Shown here piece by piece: positions 41,025-48,180 of a stretch of 64,000 nucleotides of DNA. Position numbers and translations under genes: made by a program. Position 1 is the first letter of the stretch; each line of letters begins with the position of its first letter. The stretch comes from Eubacteriales bacterium (lineage in GTDB: Bacteria; Bacillota; Clostridia; Oscillospirales; CAG-272), in contig JAZQWM010000052.1 of NCBI GenBank assembly GCA_045632345.1, positions 5,229-69,228 on the forward strand, given 5' to 3'. Under the pieces are notes generated by a model that did not search any database, had not been told where the DNA came from, and saw nothing but the letters and a program-made list of their open reading frames with translations.

Positions 41025-41142
41025 TTGACAAGAGTAGGGAGTGTGGTAGGCTATTTCAGCCGAAAGGCAAACGAAACCCCTCGGGGTTGATGTCTTGGCT
41101 CTTTTACGCCTTACATCCACACTCCCGAGAGGCTCTTGTCAA
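41025..41142. other. 118-nt rod-like hairpin immediately 3' of the recombinase gene
   Basis: Two perfect 10-bp helices: TTGACAAGAG/CTCTTGTCAA (41025-34 / 41133-42) and GGGAGTGTGG/CCACACTCCC (41037-46 / 41117-26). They enclose GCC-GAAA-GGC and ACCC-CTCG-GGGT hairpins. Confidence 0.6.
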
Positions 41143-41176
41143 TTGTACCATGGAATAAATGCAACTTTTATTCCTT

Positions 41177-42666
41177 TCAAATATACATTTCTATTTTGTA
41201 TCCGAAATCATTTGTTTTAGAAAAGCAAAAGCCCTGACTTTTGTCAGGACTTATACTACTATTTGGGGTGTTAAAATAAATCTTTAATGTATCATCAAAC
41301 ATTTCAATTTCTTTTATGAGTATTGATACAAATGCTTTAGCTTCTAATTTAAGAGTTTCTTTAAAGTATTCTCTTATATCGCTTTCTGTAAGTGCTATTT
41401 CTACCTTTGCATTTTCAATCAGAAGCTCTTTTTCTATATCTTCTAATTTGTTTTCAAGCTCGTGTAATCTTTTGTTAGTGGTATTTGAAATTATACCGTT
41501 TTCAATTGCTTTCATAATATTGTCAAGTGATTTTTCAATTTGCTTCTTTTCATTTAAAAGCATTGATAATACAGCATTTTCTCTTGAATTGCTTTCTTGT
41601 GCTTTCAATATGCTATCAACAATTAAATTCATAATTTCAGGCTTGTTTAATTCTGTTTCCAAGATTGTAAGAATAAGCGTTTCAAAATCATTTTTCTTAA
41701 CTATTGACTTTGTGCAGCCATTTGCTCTTTTTCTGCCAAAGCATTTATAGTAATGACAGGTTTTGCCAGACCTTGCTGTGCCTGTTTCAGCTGTAACTGT
41801 ACTACCACAGTAGCCACATTTTAATTTATGACGGAGTAAATAGTCAATCTTTTCACTTTTTGTTCCGTATTTATTTGCTACGATTTTCTTATGTACTCTA
41901 TCAAATATATTTTGAGGTACAATTCTTGGGTACATATCGGTAAATACTTCGTTTTTGAATCTGTATATACCTGCGTATTTTTCATTTTTAAGCATATTAT
42001 AAACGGTGTTTCTTAGAAATTCCTTGCCTTTGTAATATACACCTCTTTCTGTTAAGACTTTGATTATATCTTTTACAGCTACGTCGTATGAATATTGCTC
42101 ATAAATGTATCGTACAATTTCGGCTTCTTCTTCATTTATGACAACTTTTTTATTTACAATTTTGTAGCCATAAAGCAGATTTCCACCTGTAAAATTGCCC
42201 TTTAATCTTGTTTCATTCATACCACGCTTCACTTTTTGTGAAAGTTCAGCAGAGTAATACTCAGCATATCCTTCAAACATTGATTCCATAATGATAGCTT
42301 CAGGTGTATCAGGTAAATATTCTGTTGCTGATTTCAATCTTACACCATTATCTTTTAATGTTTTCTTATGAATTGCTGTTTCGTATTTGTTTCTTGAAAA
42401 TCGGTCAAATTTGTAAACTAATACATAGTCCCAATTTCCGTTTGCACTGTCTTTTAACATTTGCTGAAATGCAGGGCGATTGTCATTTGTCCTGTCATAG
42501 CTCTGTCAATGTATGTATTAACTATTACTATGTTATTGTTTTTAGCATAGTCAGTACATACTCTTAACTGTCCGTCAATTGACTGCTCAGTTTGATTTTC
42601 ACTTGAATAACGAGCATAAATTACAGCTGTTTTCAACTGATTTGATTGTGATTTTTTCTTTTCCAT
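41177..42666 (-). pseudogene. large serine recombinase disrupted by a 1-nt frameshift
   Basis: N-terminal fragment (AVIYARYSSENQ...YIDRAMTG) and C-terminal ORF (NDNRPAFQQMLKD..., zinc ribbon CGYCG...CHYYKC, coiled coil) are in different frames. They meet near 42486-42492. Confidence 0.85.
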
Positions 42667-42889
42667 TTTTGATTTCTCCTTTTTAATTTTCTTTAATTTG
42701 TCTTTCGACAGGAAAAACCAAAAACGGAATTGGCAGAGATGTCAAGGAAACAGAAAATAAATTGTATAACTGTTATTCTTCTTGCATTTATGCACAATAT
42801 ATTTTCCCTTGACAGAAATGACAATTTCGTTTACACCCACCGGGCGAAAGACAAATTAAAATGTGATGTGTTAAGCATAGGCTTTAACC

Positions 42890-43018
42890 TCATTTCTTTG
42901 AATTTTTAACTAACTCCGTTATTCTCTCTAACAGAGTAAAATATAGCTGACTTTCGTTTTTCAAAAGCTCGGCTATGTTTTCTTTTCCAATAGCATCAAT
43001 TTTGATTTCATTGCTCAA
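42890..43018 (-). CDS. possible 42-aa helical protein upstream of the recombinase
   Basis: TTG start 8 nt after AAGGAG: MSNEIKIDAIGKENIAELLKNESQLYFTLLERITELVKNSKK. Below the ORF-track size cutoff. Confidence 0.3.
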   Translation of the reverse strand: MSNEIKIDAIGKENIAELLKNESQLYFTLLERITELVKNSKK

Positions 43019-43143
43019 TGTAACGCTCCTTTCGATTTTTTGTTATCTCTATTTTACGATAGGTAAGCACTTCGATTCAATATTTCTTGTTCACATAAAA
43101 ACCTCTATTTTCCCAACTGTCGCAATATACGGACACCCTAAGA

Positions 43144-43172
43144 TTGACAAGTATATTAAAATGCGTTAAATT
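43144..43172 (+). promoter_or_regulatory. candidate promoter
   Basis: TTGACA, 17 nt, TAAATT. Lies 20 nt upstream of the 43192 start. Confidence 0.45.
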
Positions 43173-43191
43173 ATATACAGGTGGTGAGGAA

Positions 43192-43488
43192 ATGAAAAGT
43201 ATTGAAGAAATACGAAAGGAATTGCGTGGAATTCAGCATTATTACAGGAATAAAGACACGTTTGATAGCTCTATTGCACTTTTAGGAAAACCGTCATTTT
43301 ATGACACTACGGAAATGTACGAAAGGTATATTGTAAATGCTCCTAAACGGTTGCAAGATGTTTACGAGGACTTATACAGACAAGGCAAAGCACAAAAGAT
43401 AGTAGCTATTGAATGGCACGTAACCGAGAAATATATACAGATACTAAACAAAAGGCTTATACTGTATTTTCAAAACGTTTTAGAGTGA
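43192..43488 (+). CDS. small sigma-70 region-4-like / DUF1492-like element regulator
   Basis: 98 aa from MKSIEE with GGTGAGGA RBS. C-terminal HTH-like KIVAIEWHVTEKYIQILNKRL. Assignment is from memory. Confidence 0.45.
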   Translation: MKSIEEIRKELRGIQHYYRNKDTFDSSIALLGKPSFYDTTEMYERYIVNAPKRLQDVYEDLYRQGKAQKIVAIEWHVTEKYIQILNKRLILYFQNVLE

Positions 43489-43496
43489 TATTTATA

Positions 43497-43828
43497 TCAA
43501 GACAAGCACACGTCTAAAAACGCAACACCTCGTTTTATTACTGATTACCCCAACTAAAAATGGGTTCGCCTGAGCAAAAAAGAAAACTCTCCTTTCGGAG
43601 AGCTTAAAAATATACAAACTATACGAATAAGGCGTTAGCGAGAAAGTGGGTGTTTTCGCAAGCGGCTTAGCGCGAAACCCCACTTCGCTCGCCTTCGTAT
43701 TTGTTTTTTAACTCGTGGGAGCGTTTTTGACGTGAGCTTTTAGTTTGTCAGTTTGCTTTGTTTTTTGTAGGGCGTGTGCTTGTCTGCCGAGCGAAGCGAG
43801 GCACTTGTTCAAGACAAGCACACGCCCT
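43497..43828. repeat. 16-nt perfect direct repeat plus inverted copy forming a 16-bp stem
   Basis: TCAAGACAAGCACACG at 43497-43512 and 43809-43824. AGGGCGTGTGCTTGTC (43769-84) pairs with GACAAGCACACGCCCT (43813-28). Confidence 0.7.
43570..43602 (-). terminator. minus-strand rho-independent terminator about 265 nt downstream of the XRE-TPR gene
   Basis: Minus strand reads CTCTCC-GAAA-GGAGAG followed by TTTTCTTTTTTG. Confidence 0.6.
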
Positions 43829-43865
43829 GTTTACACGTTTCACACAAACATTGACTTAATGTTTT

Positions 43866-44999
43866 CTAATCATTACTCTTATATTTAGCATATTTTTCAA
43901 GTTTTTGCAAAATTTCTTGAAATTCAGGTGTGTTATTTACAAAAGTAAAGCACTTATCACTCATTCCATCTATTGATGTAAGACAGGTGTTTCTTGGATT
44001 GCTTGTAGTTACATATTCTCGTTTAAAATCAAGTTTATCTACAAAAAGAGAGGTATGCGGTGAATCTTGCAATGTATTAAACATAATTGAATAATCTGCC
44101 ATTTTATTAAGATTTTCTAAGGTCTTTTCTTCGTTTTCAAGTTTCGCATATTCTCTTGCTATCCAAGAATGCAGCACGGACATTTTTACACAAAAGAAAC
44201 CATAGTCCTCCTTGTAGAAAACTATTTTTATAATATTAGTACAATCTTCAAGAATTTTAATTTTTTCTTCTATTGATGTATTTGCCTGTCTTGTAGCTCT
44301 ATTCATCAAGCTTTCGATAAAAAGGTCAAGATATGCAAAGGTATTTTGTTGGCGTTGCTTTTCACCTTCGTCACCCTTCAAAATTATGCCTAAAAGTTGC
44401 TCTCTGCTTGTAACCATAGTTCCTGACATATTAGCATATTCTTTTGCTTTTTCTATATCTTTCTTGCGAAAATAAGTAAAACAAAGGGTTTGTATTGCAC
44501 TTGTTCTTGAATTTATATCTGTGCTTGACAACAAGGATTCTGCTATATTTATCAGCAAAGGAAATTTTTCCTGTTTTTGCTTTTCATCAAATCCTTGTGT
44601 GCAACGTTCATCAAGCATATACATATAATAAACCTTGACTGTTTCATTGTTTGGAAACTCTGAATATGCCTTTTCCCAAAGCTCATATGCTTCCTGACAT
44701 TTTCCAACCATTAGAAATTCGTGGCTTTCTTTTTTGTATTTTTCGATTTTTTCTTGTATTCGTTCTTCTTGCAGTCCCAATAAATTATCAACTGTTGTGT
44801 CAAAAAACAATGCTATTTTAGGCAACAAGGTTATATCGGGATATCCTTCGCCTCTTTCCCATTTTCCTATCGATTGAGCAGAAATATATAAATGCTTTGC
44901 AAGAGCCTCTTGTGTTATTCCTTTTTCTATGCGTAATTTTTTAAGCATATCCTTTAATGTGATTTCCATTTTGTTCTCCTTTGAGATATTATTTGACAA
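43866..44999 (-). CDS. XRE-HTH + TPR-like regulator (RRNPP-like architecture)
   Basis: 377 aa. N-terminal HTH (ITQEALAKHLYISAQSIGKWERGEGYPDITLLPKIA) and a C-terminal helical-repeat region. Confidence 0.75.
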   Translation of the reverse strand: MSNNISKENKMEITLKDMLKKLRIEKGITQEALAKHLYISAQSIGKWERGEGYPDITLLPKIALFFDTTVDNLLGLQEERIQEKIEKYKKESHEFLMVGKCQEAYELWEKAYSEFPNNETVKVYYMYMLDERCTQGFDEKQKQEKFPLLINIAESLLSSTDINSRTSAIQTLCFTYFRKKDIEKAKEYANMSGTMVTSREQLLGIILKGDEGEKQRQQNTFAYLDLFIESLMNRATRQANTSIEEKIKILEDCTNIIKIVFYKEDYGFFCVKMSVLHSWIAREYAKLENEEKTLENLNKMADYSIMFNTLQDSPHTSLFVDKLDFKREYVTTSNPRNTCLTSIDGMSDKCFTFVNNTPEFQEILQKLEKYAKYKSND

Positions 45000-45054
45000 G
45001 CGCTTATCTACTTTTATTATAATTCACATTTTACACATTTTCAAGAACTGTTAG

Positions 45055-45082
45055 GTTGTATTTTAGTTGTATTTTACAACCG
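45055..45082. promoter_or_regulatory. candidate operator in the divergent intergenic region
   Basis: Perfect tandem 11-mer GTTGTATTTTA x2 (45056-66, 45067-77) bracketed by GGTTG...CAACC. Confidence 0.4.
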
Positions 45083-45194
45083 AATATATATGATGATAGT
45101 AATTAAACATACTAAAAGAAGTAATTAAATTCTAAAATTATGGCTATAATTAAAGTAATGATAGCCTTCTCCGTAATTTTTTTACGGAAAAGTG

Positions 45195-45223
45195 TTGAAT
45201 TTGCTTTACAATCGTGTTATAAT
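45195..45223 (+). promoter_or_regulatory. strong sigma-A type promoter of the ATPase/RloB-like operon
   Basis: TTGAAT, 17 nt, TATAAT with TG extended -10. Confidence 0.65.
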
Positions 45224-45260
45224 GTCAATGAAAATCTATAAAAATCGTGGAGGAACTGTA

Positions 45261-46397
45261 ATGATTAGAAAATTTGAAGTCAAGAATTATAAGAATTTTA
45301 AAGATACTTTAAGTATTGATTTTACAAATGTTCACGATTATCAATATAACGAATATTGTGTAAAAAATGGTCTCATTAACAAAATGATAATTTACGGCAA
45401 AAATGCTGTAGGAAAGAGTAATTTAGGTATCGCCCTATATGATATCGCTATGGATGTTCACCTCTCGAGAAATCCATACAACTATAAAAACGATAGAATG
45501 CTTTTTAAAAATGCAGATGCAGAAGATGAAGAATTAGTAGAGTTTTATTATTCTTTTCAATTTGATGATGATATTGTTGATTATAGTTATAAGAAAAAGG
45601 ACGTTACAGATATTGTAAGCGAATCATTGCACATAAATGATGAATTGATTTTCTCTTATAATACAATAACTGGCGAACAGGATTTTTCAAACACTATAAA
45701 AATCAATGCAAGTGATTTGAATTGGAACGATTTTATTGAAATTTCTGATGCTTCAGGGCCAGATTTTATAGAGTCGACCAAGCCCTCTGCATTGAGATAT
45801 ATTATCTACAATACTATTCAAAAAGAATCCTCTCTTATCACAAAATTATCTCAGTTCATAAAAGGAATGCGTTTCACTCCTTCACTTAATTCAATTTCGC
45901 CAAGACTTTTATTAAATGAATATTTCACGGATGAAGAAAGCTTGTTAAAATTTGAAAAATACCTCAACAATTATGGAGTAATGTGTAAACTCAAAATGAT
46001 AGAGGGATTGGATGGAAAAAAAGACCTTTATTTTGATTATAAAAAGCCTTTATTGTTTAGTAGTAATCTATCAAGTGGAACTATTGCATTGACAAGATTT
46101 TACATTCAATACTTAAGCAGAGTAAAACCAACATTTGTTTTTATGGACGAGTTTGATGCTTTTTATCATTTTGAATTATCCGAAAAAATTATTTCATTGC
46201 TGGAAAATGAATTTGATTGTCAAGTAATATTAACCTCTCATAATACGAATTTATTAAGCAATTCAATTATGCGACCAGACTGTTTTATGATTTTGAGCAA
46301 TGGAAAACTCACACCGATATGCGAAGCCACCAACAGAGAATTGCGTCAAGGACACAATCTTGAAAAATTGTACAAAAACGGTGAATTCGATGAGTAA
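45261..46397 (+). CDS. ABC/SMC-type (AAA_15/21-like) ATPase, AbiLi/OLD-ATPase-like
   Basis: Start MIRKFEVKNYKNF with GGAGG RBS. Walker A GKNAVGKSN, signature-like LSSGT, Walker B FVFMDEFD, TSHN. Confidence 0.8.
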   Translation: MIRKFEVKNYKNFKDTLSIDFTNVHDYQYNEYCVKNGLINKMIIYGKNAVGKSNLGIALYDIAMDVHLSRNPYNYKNDRMLFKNADAEDEELVEFYYSFQFDDDIVDYSYKKKDVTDIVSESLHINDELIFSYNTITGEQDFSNTIKINASDLNWNDFIEISDASGPDFIESTKPSALRYIIYNTIQKESSLITKLSQFIKGMRFTPSLNSISPRLLLNEYFTDEESLLKFEKYLNNYGVMCKLKMIEGLDGKKDLYFDYKKPLLFSSNLSSGTIALTRFYIQYLSRVKPTFVFMDEFDAFYHFELSEKIISLLENEFDCQVILTSHNTNLLSNSIMRPDCFMILSNGKLTPICEATNRELRQGHNLEKLYKNGEFDE

Positions 46398-47148
46398 TGA
46401 TGGACGTAACATTCTTTTAATTGTTGAAGGTGAAAAAGCTGAGGTGAGATTGTTCGAAAAAATCTTATCTCTTTTCCCTGAAATAAAGTTAAATCCCAAC
46501 AACATACTCGTTTATAACACTAATATTTGGGTTTTGAACAAGAGTTTGGAATATGCTTTTGGCACAGATTGGTATAATTCCAAAGATATTGAATTTCTTG
46601 AATTTATAGAATCTAGATTTCCAGAGATTAAAGGAAAGAAAATAACTGACACATTTTTAGTGTTTGATTATGAAAGGCAGGATTTTAGATTCTGTGGTGA
46701 CAAATTGGAAAAGATGTGTCAATTTTTCAACGACTCGGTGGAAAATGGGAAGTTGTACATCAATTATCCAATGATTGAGTCATACAAACATTTCAAATGC
46801 TCCGAGTTTCCTGATAACGATTATAGAGACAGAATTTGCAAAGTAGAAGACATAGCTGTATATAAAAATACAGTTGGTCAAGAAACTAAACATCAAGATA
46901 TAAGAAAATTTTCACGAGCTATGTTTCAACAAATTACAATTCATAATATCAAAAAATCATCGTTCATTGTGTCAAACAAATATGATTTGAATGATTCCGA
47001 AATATTGGATTATTGCGAATACATAGATTTACAAGAAATTGCTAAAATGCAAAACGTACACTCCTCGGGAGCAGAACAGTTCATATATGTGTTGTGTACG
47101 TGTCTATTTTTTATTAGTGACTATAATAGGAATCTACTATATGATTAA
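46390..47148 (+). CDS. RloB-like / TOPRIM-like partner protein (AbiLii-like)
   Basis: ATGAGTAA start/stop overlap with the ATPase. N-terminus NILLIVEGEKAE, later LVFDYERQD and YINYPMIESY. Assignment is from memory of the RloB signature. Confidence 0.55.
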   Translation: MSNDGRNILLIVEGEKAEVRLFEKILSLFPEIKLNPNNILVYNTNIWVLNKSLEYAFGTDWYNSKDIEFLEFIESRFPEIKGKKITDTFLVFDYERQDFRFCGDKLEKMCQFFNDSVENGKLYINYPMIESYKHFKCSEFPDNDYRDRICKVEDIAVYKNTVGQETKHQDIRKFSRAMFQQITIHNIKKSSFIVSNKYDLNDSEILDYCEYIDLQEIAKMQNVHSSGAEQFIYVLCTCLFFISDYNRNLLYD

Positions 47149-47154
47149 TGTTGT

Positions 47155-47216
47155 GGTTCAAATTACAAACAAAATGCTCAGCCAAAACAAGAGGACACCA
47201 AATCGGTGTCCTTTTT
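47155..47216 (+). repeat. cassette-junction element, copy 1
   Basis: GGTTCAA (47155-61), N14, GCTCAGCCA (47176-84), hairpin GGACACC-AAATC-GGTGTCC (47193-47211), then TTTTT. Confidence 0.7.
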
Positions 47217-47227
47217 GTTTTGTTTTG

Positions 47228-47400
47228 GCTGGGATGGCGCTGGCTCGACCACTTTATGTTTGCTTTGCAAACATAAATATGGTTCGTTCTTTTGCCCTAA
47301 GGCGTTGTCTGCTTGCAAGGATAAGCCGTGGGCAAAAGCCTCGCCCATGGCGAGAACCCATCCGCATAGTTACTTTTTAAAAAGACTCCATCCATTCCAG
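47228..47400 (+). other. GC-rich structured patch containing tRNA-Gln-like fragments
   Basis: 10-bp hairpin 47254-47276; CTTTTGCCC...GGGCAAAAG; CTCGCC-CATG-GCGAG. GAACCCATCC (47354-63) is identical to tRNA 40826-35. CCATCCATTCCAG (47388-400) matches tRNA 40830-42 at 12/13. Confidence 0.5.
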
Positions 47401-47482
47401 ATGATGTTAGCACTATACTGTATTGAGAGCATTCGCGTAAAAAACAGTCAACCAATGGTTAACAAAATATATCAACTATCTC

Positions 47483-47511
47483 TTTACATACCACTGAGCT
47501 CGTGCTATAAT
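47483..47511 (+). promoter_or_regulatory. sigma-A type promoter
   Basis: TTTACA, 17 nt, TATAAT with TG extended -10. The palindrome AACCAATGGTT (47450-60) lies upstream. Confidence 0.6.
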
Positions 47512-47552
47512 ATGATTAGTTCCGGAGCAATAATTTCTTGGAGGTGTTTTGA

Positions 47553-48143
47553 ATGTCAAATTTAAAAATAGGCGATAAAATCAGAACAAAAAGAAGAGAG
47601 CGCAATATGACTCAAGAAGAGCTTGCCAACAAGCTTTTTGTAAGCAAGGCAGCAGTAAGCAAGTGGGAGAATGAGGAAAGCTATCCTGATATAACTATGC
47701 TTCCTCAAATAGCACAGATATTTCATGTAACAATGGATGAGCTTTTCGATTACACTCTTGAAGAGAAGCCGTTAAGTATCGTTAACGAATATCATTTCGG
47801 GTTCTCACTTGATGTAGTAGATAGACAAATTTTAAATTATGGTATCGCTGAAGAATGCAAAGCTTACAAAGTCGGTGACACTTGGGAGATATGCGTTGAT
47901 TTTGTATCTAATGAGGAAAATATCCCGTATATATTGCAAAAATACATTAAGCCGGGTGTACTTATTGACGGTTACAGTGTTAGACGAGCAGACGGAAAAG
48001 TTATAGATGATGATAAGCCGAATAAACATTATATATGCAGTGAAAAGGTTTGGGAATACAATCTTTCCAATAAAAAATATATGTGGTCTATGTTAAGAGA
48101 ACAAATAGCTATGGGATTGATTGAAGGAGAGGAAGGCTTCTAA
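47553..48143 (+). CDS. XRE-HTH regulator with unknown C-terminal domain
   Basis: 196 aa. HTH (MTQEELANKLFVSKAAVSKWENEESYPDITMLPQIA) followed by about 130 aa I do not recognise. Confidence 0.75.
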   Translation: MSNLKIGDKIRTKRRERNMTQEELANKLFVSKAAVSKWENEESYPDITMLPQIAQIFHVTMDELFDYTLEEKPLSIVNEYHFGFSLDVVDRQILNYGIAEECKAYKVGDTWEICVDFVSNEENIPYILQKYIKPGVLIDGYSVRRADGKVIDDDKPNKHYICSEKVWEYNLSNKKYMWSMLREQIAMGLIEGEEGF

Positions 48144-48154
48144 CAATAAAGCAG

Positions 48155-48178
48155 AAAGACAGGGCTTCCCCTGTCTTT
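48155..48178. terminator. bidirectional terminator between convergent regulator genes
   Basis: AAAGACAGGG-CTTC-CCCTGTCTTT. Confidence 0.7.
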
Positions 48179-48180
48179 TC

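Noticed and set aside
43492-43683. 63-aa minus-strand ORF downstream of the XRE-TPR gene, considered as a possible signalling-peptide precursor.
   Set aside because: It starts at a GTG inside a long hairpin and reads straight through a terminator stem. It has no RBS and no signal-peptide-like N-terminus.
45141-45260. Upstream in-frame ATG (and the listed 45192 GTG) as the ATPase start, or a separate small hydrophobic peptide (MAIIKVMIAFSVIF...).
   Set aside because: The stretch contains the -35 and -10 boxes of the operon promoter, so it would not be on the mRNA. The ATG at 45261 has a GGAGG RBS and gives the typical MIRKFEVKNYKNF N-terminus.
47155-47184. The junction boxes interpreted as 3' halves of tRNAs (GGTTCAA as T-loop, GCCA as discriminator + CCA).
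   Set aside because: The distance from the T-loop-like box to CCA is 5 nt longer than in a tRNA. The flanking bases cannot form a T-stem or acceptor pairing in any of the three copies.
47039-47565. Overlapping 113-aa and 119-aa ORFs across the GC-rich patch.
   Set aside because: Both span a terminator and several perfect hairpins, have no RBS, and overlap the end of the RloB-like gene or the next promoter. The region is better explained as non-coding structure.
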